64,000 nucleotides of DNA, from assembly GCA_964016885.1 (NCBI GenBank), contig OZ024746.1, forward strand, positions 90,148,001 to 90,212,000, read 5' to 3'. The notes beneath the pieces are model-generated. The model ran no database searches and was not told the origin of the DNA. It worked only from the letters and a program-made list of their open reading frames with translations. Below, piece after piece: positions 27,790 to 40,382 of the stretch. Made by a program: the position numbers and the translations under genes. This DNA is from Eledone cirrhosa. Lineage: Eukaryota. Numbering within the stretch: position 1 is the stretch's first letter; each line of letters starts with the position of its first letter.

Positions 27790-29750
27790 CTTGTATATGT
27801 ATAATAAAGCCAAAACAATGCAGGTATGGGCATAGCATAACGAATGCAAATGCAAAAGATAATTTTGACAATTAGTCTTTTACCTTAGATTTATTTAAAT
27901 GTCCTTAATTTTCGAGATAATATCTCTTCTTCAGAGGGAAGTTATAACTGTTAAACCAGTGTTCTAAATAGCTTGCCAAGTCATGCTGACAGGAAATCGT
28001 ATAGAGTATCTGTTCTATCTCTAATGTCAAAGTTTGGAGATTAGGTGGATAAAGAGTAGTCTCCCTTTAAAAGTTTTTTTTTTTTCTTTTTTTTTTTGTG
28101 TACATGCCTGTTTAAGTGTGTGGGAAAATGCATGAAGGTGTAAGTATGTGAGTGTATGTGTGTGTGTGTGTGAGTAGATATGTCTATACGTAAATGTGGG
28201 GGATAGATGTTATCTCGTGTTAGAACTGGTTTTGTGTGTGTATGTGTGAGAGAGAATAAGTGGAGGTGTAAGCGTGTGTGTGTGTGTGCGTGCGTGTGTG
28301 CGTGTGTGTGGGGTGTGTGTAAATATGGGGCTAGAAGCTCTATCAAGTTATAAATTGGGTGTTGAGTTCTAGTCTATTATTGATTGGTGGTTGTGTTTTG
28401 TCTATAATTAGTGCTTCCATAATTCTAAGATTGCCGAGGTTTCTTTCCTTAGTTTCTATCCTAACTGTTATGGTTTTGTCGGTTTTTTGCATTTAACTAG
28501 GTGTTTCTTAAATGAGAAAGCGTTAGTATTGAGGTGTTCTTTTATTCTTGTGGTGTGGTCTGGTGGTGCTACCTACGTAGAAGTTGTTGCATTTGTCACA
28601 CTCTAGTCTGTATACAACGTAAGCCTGGTAGCATAGGTCTGTGTCGTTGATGGGGCAGTTGGCTAGTCTGCAGCAATTGTCATGTCTGGTGGAGTGTCTT
28701 TTGGTTAGCTGTCCGCGTAGAGAAGGACCTGAGTGGGCTAGTTGGATATATATTCCCTCTCGTCTGATAGCTCTGCGGATGGCTGTTGTTGCTTCTTCAC
28801 TGAAGTGTGGGAGCTTTAGGAAGCAAGTGTTAGTGCCTACATGAACCAGCTAGAATGCCAAGCCCTCAACGCCTGCCATTCCCATACCTTCTTCACCCGA
28901 TATGTAGATGACATACTCATCCTTACATCATCCCATGAGGAGGCAGATGAAATATACACAACATTCTCCAGCATGGACGCCAGTATAAAGTTCAGCATGG
29001 AACACCCCGATGACCGCGGATCCCTATCCCTACTGGACTTCCAACTCAGGGTAACAGAGGAAGGCAACATCCGCACCTGCTTCTATAAAAAAGCCGCCAG
29101 CAGGGACCTGTTCGTACATTTCAGATCGGCCCTCCCAGCCGGCGCTAAGTTCGGATACATAAGGAACGAACTAACTCGTATCCGGAACCAATGCAACGAC
29201 GCTAGAGACCGAGACTCAGACATCACACATTTCCTAGAATTACTCAAACTGAATGGATACACGACATCCACCACAAACAGTGCCAGAAAGAACAGAGGAC
29301 ACCACACCTGAGGCACTAACACTTGCTTCCTGAAGCTCCCACATTTACGTATAGCCATATCTTCTCACACACCCACACTCACATACTTACACCTTCATGC
29401 ATTCTCCCACACACTTAAACAGGCTTGTACAAACAAAAATCCAAACAAAAAAAAACCTTTTAAAGGGAGACTACTCTTTATCCACCTAATCTTCACTGTT
29501 TGACATTAGAGATAGAACAGATACTCTATACGATTTTCTGTCAGCATGACTTGGCAAGCTATTTAGAACATTGGTTTAACAGCTTTACTTCCCTCTGAAG
29601 AAGAGATATTATCTCGAAAATTAATGACATTTAAATCAATCCAAGGTAAATGACTAATTGTCAACAATATCTTTTGCATTTGCATTTTTTATTCTATGTC
29701 CATACCTGCATGGTTTTGGCTTCATTATACATATACAAACGTTTATACCT
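27790..29750. mobile_element. PLE family A with inverted terminal repeats; GIY-YIG on minus strand, RT fragment on plus strand
   Basis: Plus 28841-29311 reads FFTRYVDDILIL...IKFSMEH...SLSLLDF...HFRSALP...GYIRNELTRI...LKLNGY. Minus 28400-28838 reads FLKLPHFSE...CRLANCPINDTDLCYQAYVVYRLECDKCNNFYVGST...RIKEH. 27790-28200 is inverted relative to 29340-29750. Confidence 0.9.
27902..27938 (-). ncRNA. Minimal type I HHR motif (family A); plus-strand partner at 29591-29627
   Basis: CCT-CTGAAGA-A-GAGAT(ATT)ATCTC-GAAA-AT-TA-AGG; stem III is reduced to the palindrome AATT, as in dimeric minimal HHRs of PLEs. Confidence 0.6.
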
Positions 29751-29785
29751 CATTACACAATGCTTCAAGTGAACTATAACCTCCT

Positions 29786-29871
<86 letters not shown>

Positions 29872-29879
29872 TGTGTGAC

Positions 29880-31500
29880 ATACGTAAAATAAGAAAATAA
29901 TAGTAATTAGCTTACTTACTTAAATTTCACTCTAACTAATTCGTTTCTGAAAGGGGATATACATGTAGAACATGGAGATACCTTTTCGTCATCAGGGAGT
30001 TATTCTCAGCTAAGATACCTGGCCATGCGTGGACACAGGGAACTTATAGAAAAATATATTCAGTGGATGGAAGAGAGCAAGCGGGGACTAAATTCCAGGA
30101 CACTGACAAAATCACTGCCTTCTTGTTCGGTGGCAAATTAAAAAGAATCAATCATGTGACATCGAGGTTATTCAGTGAGGAGTGGGGTGTTAAATAGACA
30201 GTAGCCAAGCTGTTAATATGAACTATAGTAGTAAATTTGGCAAATTTTTGCTCAACAAAATAATTTGGAGATAATTATAAAGAATTAGTATATCTACCAA
30301 CATATACATACAGATGTATACCCATGCAAGCAAATATATAGATTTGGTCTTAGTAACTATGTGGTTAAATGCAAGGGGATGCAGAACAATTATGTGAAAA
30401 AATATTTGCTTGCATGGGTATACATCTCTATATATATGTTGGTAGTTATACTAATTCTTTATAATTAACTCCAAATTATTTTGTTGAGCAAAAATTTGCC
30501 AAAATTACTACTATAGTTCATAGTAACAGCTTGGCTACTGTCTTTTTACACCTCACTCTTCACTGATTAACCTCGATGTTAAGTTATTGATTTTTTTAAA
30601 TTTGCCACCGAACAAGAAGGCAGTGATTTTTCCAGTGTCCTGGAAATTAGTCCCCGTTTACTATCTTCCACCCAATGAATATATTTTTGTATAAGTTCCC
30701 TGTGTTCACGCATGGCCAAGTATCATAGCTGAGAATGACTCCCTGATGACGAAAAGTTATCTCCATGTTCTACATATATATTCTCTTTCAGAAACTAATT
30801 AGTTAGAGTGAAATTTAAGTAAGCTAATTACTATAATTTTCTTATTTTACATTTTTCATATAATTGTTCTGCATCTCCTTGCATTGAACCACAAAGTTCC
30901 TAAGAGAAAACATATATATTTGCTTGCATGGGTATACATCTGTATATATATATGTTGGTAAATATACTAATTCTTTATAATTATCTCCAAATTATTTTGT
31001 TGAGCATAAATTTGCCAAAATGACTACTATAGTTAATAGTAACAGCTTGGCTACTGTCTTTTTAACACCCCACTCCTCACTGATTAACCTCGATGTCAGG
31101 TCATTGATTCTTTTGAATTTGCCACCGAACAAGAAGGCAGTGATTTTTTCAGTGTCCTGGAATTTAGTCACCGCTTGCTCTCTTCCATCCACTGAATATA
31201 TTTGTGTATACGTTCCCTGTGTCCACGCATCGCCAGGTATTTTAGATGTGAATGACTCCCTGATGACGAAAAGGTTTCTGCATGTTCTACATGGATATTC
31301 CCTTTCAGAAACGAATTAGTTGGAGTGAAATTTAAGTAAGTAAGCTAACTACTATAATTTTCTTATTTTACGCTCTTCGTATAATTGTTCTGTATCCCCT
31401 TGCATTGAACCACAAAGTTACTAAGACTAAACCTATATATTTGCTTGCATGGGTATACATCTGTATATATATGTTAGTAGATATACTAATTCTTTATAAA
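29880..31500. mobile_element. Non-coding ~517-bp HHR-containing repeat (family C): one inverted and about two tandem units; retrozyme or pLTR array
   Basis: Minus unit 29883-30400; plus units ~30402-30915 and ~30916-31437, then a partial unit to 31500. HHRs at 29929-30000(-), 30738-30809(+) and 31255-31326(+). No RT or endonuclease ORF. Confidence 0.85.
31255..31326 (+). ncRNA. Type I HHR motif with long stem II (family C)
   Basis: ACTCC-CTGATGA-[GAAAAGG...CATGT(TCT)ACATG...CCTTTC]-GAAA-CGAATTAG-TT-GGAGT. Stem I ACTCC/GGAGT is perfect; the sister copy at 30738 has the perfect stem III palindrome ACTAATTAGT. Confidence 0.72.
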
Positions 31501-31719
31501 TATATAAATATATATATATATATATATATGTGTGTAGAAAGAACGAAAGCAGAGGGAGAGAGACAGAACATGTTTATTTTTCTGTGTGACGTGTGTACAT
31601 AATGATTGCAGTTGTACGTACCAACAGTGTTACATATATTAATGTACTCCTATACTTAGCATGGACTCAAAAAGGATTGCAATTTGGATTGTTGGAATTT
31701 TATATATACATGACTATGT

Positions 31720-31857
31720 GGTGAAGGCGCATGGCTTATTGGATAGAGCATTGGGCATGCAATCGAAAGGCTGTGAGTTCGATTCTGGAAGGGGGTGATG
31801 TGTTGTGTCCTTGAGCAAGACACTTTATTTCAGGTTCTTCCAGTTTACTCAGTTGTA
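31720..31857 (+). mobile_element. Second tRNA-derived SINE family
   Basis: A-box-like TGGCTTATTGG, B-box GAGTTCGATTCT, conserved SINE block GTGTCCTTGAGCAAGACACTT. Confidence 0.75.
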
Positions 31858-32449
31858 GAAATGATTTTCGATGCTGCCAAATCAATGGGTGGCAGTAGTG
31901 GTTCTGAGAACAATGCGGCTTTGTAGATGATCAATGAAAATTGACAATGGAAACATGCTCCCGCTCGAGTTAGAAGAGAACTATTGACCTCCAGGAGAAG
32001 CAGCAACCCCTGATTGTATTCAACAACCGAAACAAATATGAAATACACCAAATCCAATGCTCCTATGGGCGGCCCTGGTTCTTCTTATTTGGGAGTGTAA
32101 ACACGGCCAGATTAGATTACATTATGTTTAGATGCCATTCAATTGACGAAGCAAAACTCGTTATCTCTTTCAATGTAGATACAGTACAGAGCATACTGAA
32201 ATCATATATATTACACCAGATTAAGTGACACGCGAAAGAGGATAATTTCTGTATAATATGTTATTGTGTAAAACATTATAATTGAGCAAGAAATTATTGG
32301 TTACTTCAATTCCCTAGCCTATACTCATGAGAAATGGAGTAACTCATGTACACACCCTTATATGTTATGTTAGAATCAGTGAGAAACCAGTCTTGAACTA
32401 ACTGTTAAAACAGCAAGAGCTGAGCCGTCGGGTGCTTACTGTTTATAAT

Positions 32450-32879
32450 AATGGTCCTCATATAAACACATATATATAGTCTAACAAAGTTATTTCGTTG
32501 CACATCTGCAACATCATCAGTGGTACCATTATGTTCCTCCTGTTGTATTGTATATCTACGCCATTTTTATTTTATCTGTTTATTTATTTATTTATTTATT
32601 TTTGTCTTGTTCTCTGGGCATGCGTTTGCGAGTGTGTATAGTGTTTGGTATGTTTTCGTGTTTGAGTGACTGTGTTTTGGTTATTGCATTCTATCTTAGT
32701 TTACTATATCTAAATTATATCTGTATTTTTGACCATTGGTCAGTCAATGATAAACATTGAGGACCAAATGAATTAACTGTGGAGATATAAATGATACAGA
32801 AGCGAAAACCAAACAAACAGTGAGTGTGTTCTGTTATTATTTCTTGCAATATTATTACAATATGTCCCTCCCCAAGTAT

Positions 32880-32885
<6 letters not shown>
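32450..32885. mobile_element. PLE family B fold-back remnant with HHR motif at 32478-32524(-)
   Basis: Minus strand CTGATGA-T-GTTGCAGATGTGCAAC-GAAA-TAAC-TT; 32720-32885 is the plus-orientation tail matching 12820-12985. Confidence 0.75.
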
Positions 32886-32931
<46 letters not shown>

Positions 32932-32976
32932 ATGTGTGTGTGTGTATATGTGTGTGTGTATGTGTGTCTGTGTGTG

Positions 32977-33035
32977 TGGTCGAGTGGGTATAGCGTCGGT
33001 GTTTCAGTCGTGATGATCTGGTTTCGATTCTAGGA
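32977..33035 (+). mobile_element. tRNA-like SINE head fragment
   Basis: TGGTCGAGTGG (A box) and GGTTTCGATTCT (B box); no full cloverleaf. Confidence 0.45.
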
Positions 33036-33674
33036 GATACTTCGTGTGTGTATACATTTTATTATATAAGTGTCATACCGCTAACAAATAACTAGATATT
33101 GGATATAAATCGCTTCGTTACCAGATGAATGTCTTGTTTTGATCATTCGTCGTATTTTCTTTAAATTTTCTTTAAATTTAGAAACATTTATACTGCGTAT
33201 TTACCTTTCACTTAAATTTCACTCCATTATTTCCAAGAAAGAATTATTCCATTAGTTTGTTATTGTATTATTTCTCTTTTTTATTTTAACTGGCGATTAT
33301 ACGAACTCTAATAAAATGTCAGTTGGGAAATTCGTTTTAAAATTGTTATGCTAAAGTGTAAAATTGAACTCTAATAAACGTTGTAAATATGCGTGAGTGT
33401 GTTTATTAAATTTTCGAAAAGAAACAGAGAGAACACATCAAAAGGTTAAACCAATTTGACGTAATTTCCATTATACTTTTTGTAAATTCTGTTTCCCTTT
33501 TAGCTCCTGGGTAATGAGCATAGAAAGACTGATTATAAAAAAATATAATTATGGAGCCAATCTGCTATAGGGTAATTCATACTTAAAATAATAACAACAA
33601 AACCATCAACAACAAAACCAACGGTAATAACAACACAAAAAAAACAGTTACTAATAATAATATTAATAAATTAC

Positions 33675-33675
<1 letters not shown>

Positions 33676-33733
<58 letters not shown>
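33676..33733. repeat. (TAA)n microsatellite, insertion target of the Dong/R4 element
   Basis: About 19 TAA units directly abutting the element's 5' end. Confidence 0.9.
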
Positions 33734-33734
<1 letters not shown>

Positions 33735-36700
33735 CAGACTGGGGTCGAAAAATCAGCTAATGGTTCAAACCTTCCCATCACTTCGGAGCTGGAGACCTCC
33801 CATAACCGGAATACTCCTACTGTTGGCCCTCCATGCTCACCACAAAGAAATCCAAAGAAAAAGAGAGAAAAATGGTCAAAATAAAGAAGTCCTTGAGGCT
33901 TTCTACACTGCCATGTACTACCCATCAAATACATCGAATACAGAACAGACATATATCAACTGGAAAAAGAAACATCCCGAAAACAGAGGCTATATTGACA
34001 GTAACAAACTAGCCAATATACGAAGAAATATTGTAAGAAAAAAGTTACTAACTGATATAGAAATTGATCAGATCAAGCTATTAGCACAAAGTCAGCGAAG
34101 GGAAAATGAAACATGTGTCAGTGAAAACGAGGTAAACTGTAACACTTCGAATCCCAGGGTTGGGGCGGAATCACTGGCAACAGAACAAATTAAAGAAAGG
34201 ATCGAAAAAGTGGAGGGAGTGCATGCCCAGGATGAAACTCCAAATGAAAATAATGAGATCGTAAATGATAAAGAAATGAATGAGAATGAACTTGCCAACT
34301 TGAAGGATGAAATTATGATCGAATGGATGAAAATGAAAGAATCTGACATGGGGCAACGAGACACCCTCCCTAAGATCCAGAACTCCAAACAGAACCACAA
34401 GACTAACATAATTCTCAAAAAACATTATCATCACAAACAAACTAAACATTACTGATTTAAATCATCTCTATTATGCATCGGCTAAAGTCACCACTCACTT
34501 ATGTGGAGTGAAGATGAAAAAACAAAGGAATTCCCACAAGAAATCTACTTGGCAAGAGAACATCAATCGCCAAATAAACCTTCTCCGATCTGACATAGAA
34601 ATGTTAACAAACTATAAAGTAGGTGAACATGTTAAACAAACTAAACTTAGAAAATTGAAAAAAAAGTACAGTATAAAATCAACATGTGACATAGACATGC
34701 TGATAGAAATAATCAAGCAAAAAGTGTCGGCCAAAGCTGCTCGTATAAGGCGCTTTGAAAAACGATCTAGATTCTATAAGGACAATAATATGTTCAAAAA
34801 CAACCAAAGAAACTTCTACAGAAAAATTGGTAAGTCAACAATAACTGCTAAATCAATACCACCCAAGGAGGAAGTGCAAGAATTCTGGGAAAAGATCTGG
34901 GACGAAGAAAAAGTTCAGAACATACATGCCCCATGGATAGACAGACAAATGAAAGATACAGCTCACCTTGAGGAACAAACATGGGAAAATATAACAGTTG
35001 AACAGTTGCGCTTGGCTCTAAGAAAAACCAGCAAATGGAAATCCCCAGGAAAAGACAAAATACAAAACTTTTGGATAAATGCCTTCACAGAGTGTCATGA
35101 GCTGTTAGCCCAAATTTACAATGAAATAGTTAAGGAGCCAGAAAAGATACCTTCATGGCTAGTTAACGGCATTACATTCCTGCTTCCGAAGAATGATGAG
35201 ACAAACAATCCCAAAAAATTACAGACCGTAACTTGCTTGACCACAATGTATAAAATTTTAAACTCAGTCCTAACTGAATACACATATGACCACCTGATAA
35301 CAAATGACCTATTTCCCATTGAGCAGAAAGGGTGTAAACGAGGCTCATATGGCTGTAAGGATCAGCTTCTGGTTAAAAAAATGATACTGGAAGATTGTCA
35401 TAATAGACACAAAAATCTATCGATTGCTTGGATAGATTATAAAAAAGCATTTGATAGTTTGCCACACAGTTGGATTGAAAAATGTTTAGAGATTTTTAAA
35501 ATATCCCCCGTTGTCAGGAGGTTTTTGTCATTCAGTATGAAGACATGGAAAACGACACTCCTTTTGAATAGTGAAACAAAATCACTGGAAGCTGGAGAAG
35601 TTAATATTAATTGTGGAATTTTTCAGGGTGACTCTTTATCACCGCTTTTATTCTGCATCGCACTTATACCATTAAGTAAAATGCTCAATGAAACAAAACA
35701 TGGATATAAAGTCTATGACAAAACCATTAATCACCTGTTCTACATGGATGACCTGGAACTATTTGCAAAAAATGATGAACAATTGGAAGGGCTATTATCC
35801 ACTGGGAAGCATTTCAGTGATGACATTAAAATGGAGTTTGGACTAGATAAATGCGCCAAAGCAACGTTCACCAGAGGAAAGCTGCTGAAGAGTTCAGACA
35901 TTAATCTTGATCGGGGGAACGTGATAAGAGAACTTGATCAAGAAAAAACTTATAAATATCTAGGTGTTTGTGAAGGAGACGGAATCAAGCACTCGACAAT
36001 GAGGGAAAGGATAAGGAAGGATGTTACCGCAGAGTAAGAGCAATCTTAAGAACGGAATTGAATGCAAGGAATAGGATCGATGCCATAAACACGCTTGCCA
36101 TACCAGTTGTAACCTACAGTTACAATGTCATCAACTGGTCAAGCACAGAGATCTGTAGGCTCGATACAAAAATTCGAAAATTCTTAACCATGCACAGAAT
36201 GCATCACCCTAAGGCAGATATAGATATAATATATCTCCCTAGGAAAGAAGGGGGACGTGGGTTATTCCAGTTAGACATTGCGTTGAAAACTGCAACAATT
36301 GGATTATCTACATATCTAAGGGAATCACATGATTTGATGATCAAACTCGTTTTGAAACACGAAAGCATCAAAAGATCATATTCCATTACAAAAGATGCAC
36401 AAAGATACAGTAATGGTCTACAAATTTCAGAAGTCCCATTTACTGCTGAAATGGAAAACACAGAAAAAGCAAAGCAGGTAAAAGTAACTGCAAAGAAAGA
36501 ACTGCTACAGAAACTGGCTAAGAAATGGCAAGAAAAGCCTCTGTATGGAAAATACCCAGAGCGAGCTAACAATCCTGATGTTGACAAAACTTTAACCCAT
36601 CAGTGGTTGGCATCCTCTGGACTGAAATCGGAGACTGAAGGACTGATTATATCGGCACAAGATCAGTGTCTGCCAACAAAAAATTACCAAGCCAACATAA

Positions 36701-37440
36701 TAAAAAATGGGTGCAGTCCATTATGCCGTGTATGCAAAAAACAACCAGAGACCATTGACCATATAATTTCAACGTGCAGTCCTATAGCTCCAACTGAATA
36801 CCTAAACAGGCATGACAGAGCTGCACAATACATACATTGGATAATGTGTAAGCATTTTGACCTGCCCCATCAAAAGAATTGGTGGGAGCATTAACCACCT
36901 CCCATACTTGAAAAAGATCACATCTCAATCTTGTGGAACTTTAGCATCCAAACAGACCGAAAAATAGATGCAAACAGACCTGATATAATATTGAAAGACT
37001 TTCAAAAGAGGGTATGCCTGCTAATTGATATGTCTGTTCCAATAGACAAGAATGTATCTATAAAAACATTTGAAAAATTGAGCAAGTATAAGGACCTGGA
37101 GATAGAAATTGGAAAAATGTGGAAATTGAGAACTAAAACAATACCAGTGGTTGTGGGCGCTCTGGGAATGATACCTAAGGGTTCTAATGATTACTTATCG
37201 CAAATCCCAGGAAACCCGCGTATAGGAGAAATACAAAAGATAGTACTAATGGGAACTGCCCATATACTAAGGAAGATTCTGTCAATATAAGTACATCACA
37301 AGTCTAAACACTAAAGATGCATGTGTGAGTATGTATGTTCTTCCTTGAACATGGCGGACCTTGTTGTCTCTTGAGGTCACTGGTTGTGACTTGGTGATAA
37401 CTCGTATGAACATAAAGCAAGATAAATGCAACTGTAATAA
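33734..37440 (+). mobile_element. Dong/R4-clade non-LTR retrotransposon, near full length, inactivated
   Basis: RT motifs WKSPGKD, EQKGC, AWIDYKKAFDS, GIFQGDSLSPLLF, HLFYMDDL, YKYLG; CCHC motif CRVC...ETIDHIISTC; RHD; restriction-like endonuclease RPD...IDMSVP...KLSKY. Frameshifts near 33870, 34420 and 36020 and a stop at 36892. Confidence 0.95.
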
Positions 37441-37444
37441 GATT

Positions 37445-38990
37445 TCAATGAAGCTTATGTTTGTCGGGAGAGTTCTTGGTGTTGGTGGGGTGTAGTAGTT
37501 TTTTTCTGTGATGTCTGTGTGCTGCTTTATATATTGGATGAGTTTTGTTTTTGCCATGTTTATGGCTGTGTACATTTTGTGGGGCGGGGTGATGTTGCTG
37601 TTTTCTTCTTGTTGCTGTTTGGTGTGTGTGTTTTGTTTGTTTGCGCTGTTGGTGTTTTTTGTGATGCTGGTGGTGGTGTGGCTGTTGTTGGCGGTGGTGC
37701 TTGTGGTGGTGATGATGATGGTGGTGGTGTTTCCTAGCTGCCTTTACCCCTCTTTGTGTGCCCTGCTTTTGGAGAGTGAAGCTAAGGGTTATTTGTTTTT
37801 TTGTATTTTTGTCGCAGACCCTTTGCCACTTCACTCCCGCCTCAAACTCCATGTCGGATTCCCTAGCGTCTGGGAGGGGTATGTGCTCCATGGATGGTGG
37901 TGGTGGAAGTGGAGCCCTCTCCGGCAATGTTGTTGCTGGTGCAGCTACAGCAAATGTAGCCATTAGATTTGCCGCCACTGATGCTGCTGCTTTAGTTGTC
38001 CGTGGCTTGGTACGGGTGCCACGGACGTTGCCCTCCTACTAACCGTGGAAGGGGCTTCTGGATGTGTTACCCCTTCTTCGCTATCTTCTGCTGGCAAAAG
38101 GCCCTGGGGTGACCCTTTGACCCACAGAGATAACATTTCGGCCGTCTTCCTTCTACGCTTATAGGGAGTTGGAGTCCTTCCTCAACGTCTATGATATCGA
38201 GGATAGCGCCGATACATTCCTGGTCAGTTTGTATAAGCATTTGCATGCCTATTCCTGACCAGTTCTCTCTCCCTATTTTCACTACTCGCAGCATGATCGT
38301 CCTGTCCTCGATTCCAGCAAGGACAGACGCGGCCAGCCAAGGTTTGGGCACGTCGGGTGGGACCTGGGTCACTTTGACCCTCACAATGTTCAGCTCGCAG
38401 TATGAGGGCACCAACGGTATCTCCTCACTATTTAGGATTTCCAAAGAGTGAGAATTCGCTTCTTGGCGGTGGCGAAAAGTACGTCTACTGTGGCTTACTT
38501 TCTGCTTCGGGTTATGTGGGTTTTGCGTGGCCAGACGCACACCAAGGACTTTTGGATTTGAGCCACCGTGGCTCTCTCCACCCGATCTGAGACTTTACTT
38601 ACGGTGCGGTAAGTCACCATCCGTAGCTGCTGGTCCTTGAAAAAATAGGGTGGATGTTTCAGGGAGACTCTATTGGCGCTTCTTGTCACCATGCTCCATG
38701 CGACTACCATCTCCTACTTTGTCACTAACACTGTCTCGATATTTTGGGCGACACCTGCAAAAGAAGTGGTCCCTTTTTCAGCAGCACCACTATTTCTGCC
38801 GCTACTGGTCTTACTGGTGGTGCTGAGATCGCTGTTACAGGTATCGATGTCATTGTACATGTTTCGTTGGTACTGTTGTTGGTGTTGTTGTTGTTTTCGT
38901 TGATACTGTTGCTGTTGTTACTGTTATTGTGGCTGTTGTTATTATTGTTGTTTTTGTTGATACTGTTCCTACGATTATTGTTGCTGTGGC
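37445..38990 (-). mobile_element. Tx1/L1-clade ORF1 (gag-like) with low-complexity flanks, degenerate
   Basis: VEGRRPKCYLCGSKGHPRAFC (CX2CX4HX4C zinc knuckle preceded by VEGR); His/Gln-rich (CAA/CAC)n segments. Confidence 0.75.
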
Positions 38991-39011
38991 TAATAATGAT
39001 TAATATTATTA

Positions 39012-39955
39012 TTGGAATGTCTTAAGGCGCTCACAGCCGTCGACCAGTCGGGCAAAGTGATCCGTGGAAACTCCACCTTGGCGTTCTATAGAGGATTAAT
39101 GGAGGGGAAGAGCGACGACGTAGTTGGAGAAACTCTAGGCGTCGACAAAATTCAACAAGCCAATCTCTTCGGAAGAACTTTCGAGCCGGGGTCTATGGAC
39201 AACTTCCTGAATTCCCTGGCATGGTCGTGCTACCGAGGAGATTTGCCAGTACGGGATAAAATCTACAGGCATGGAATTGCCGTCAGCCGGGCGTGTCCAA
39301 GATGCGCGCAGGGTGACGAAATCATCCTGCACGCACTCGTCCAGTGTCCGAGCATTGCAGACTTGTGACTTTATGTGGAACACCTGCTGTTGCGTGTAGA
39401 ATGGATCCGGCTATCAGCTGAGTCCATCGTGAGATTTTCCCCACCCTCTTCCTTTAGCCGGGAAGAGTAGGCAGTTTTTGTCTGTCTGGTGGCCATTGTG
39501 AAAGATATATTATGGTGGACGCGTCTGAAACGGCTGAAGACGAGCACTTACCTTTTCGTGAACCCTGATAAACATTTTCACATTTCATTTGAAAAGGAAA
39601 ATCAGGGTAGAGTGGGAAGTGCTCTCTTCCCAGCATTTTGTTGAAAGATGGGTGAGAAAGGCAAGATTGGCCCGAGTGAATGGGCCTACTCTGAGCATGT
39701 GCCTGTAAATTAAAGGTGGAAATCAGGGAGAGGGCACTTGCCCTGGTGGTCAGCGTCACTGTGGCTTTTTTTTAATAGGCTTTCTCCACGATGGCCCTCG
39801 GAAGTCTCCCCCCTATTGGGGAATTTTTCATTGTTCCTTTTTAGTTACATCCTCTGTTTTTGATTTTTTACACGCAGAAATGCCCATTTGTACCGTCCTG
39901 TACTGTTCTTAATGTCTTACTATTTGTAAACCCTTGTGGTTAATAAAGAAAGCAT
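39012..39955 (+). mobile_element. Tx1/L1-clade ORF2 3' end and 3' UTR
   Basis: LPVRDKIYRHG...ACPRCAQGDEIILHALVQC (C-terminal Zn finger); AATAAA at ~39942 followed by (TTA)n. Confidence 0.85.
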
Positions 39956-39963
39956 TATTGTTA

Positions 39964-40018
<55 letters not shown>

Positions 40019-40382
40019 CGTTTGTATTTTCCTTCATTATTGCTTCTGAGATATATGCCGAGTCTCTTCCCGACACTTAGGGCAAATAAATTCTCAGTGT
40101 GCATTGGTTAGCGAGTTAGTATAACACATTGATTATAATTAGAAGAAAAAAAAGACTGTATACATATATACTCATGTGCATATGCATATGCAAATACAAG
40201 GAGGGTCATCAATCTTACAGAGATAGTGCTCTACTCAATACGTTTGCAGTACCAGTCAAAACAAATTTGCACCTCGTGGAGAGAGGGCAAACCAAGAATC
40301 ATTCGCAAATATTGTTCTGTACCTTTCTTGATCATACCCAGTCCTCTTATTATTATTATTATTATTGATATTATTATTAATA

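Noticed and set aside
30992-31319. ORFs in the 517-bp repeat unit
   Set aside because: Frames are not preserved between the three units, and there is no protein motif.
32977-33035. tRNA gene
   Set aside because: A and B boxes only, no acceptor stem; SINE head. The same applies to the 7626-type and 31720 heads.
37445-37978. His-rich 177-aa ORF as a host metal-binding protein
   Set aside because: It continues the Tx1-like ORF1 into low-complexity (CAC/CAA)n sequence.
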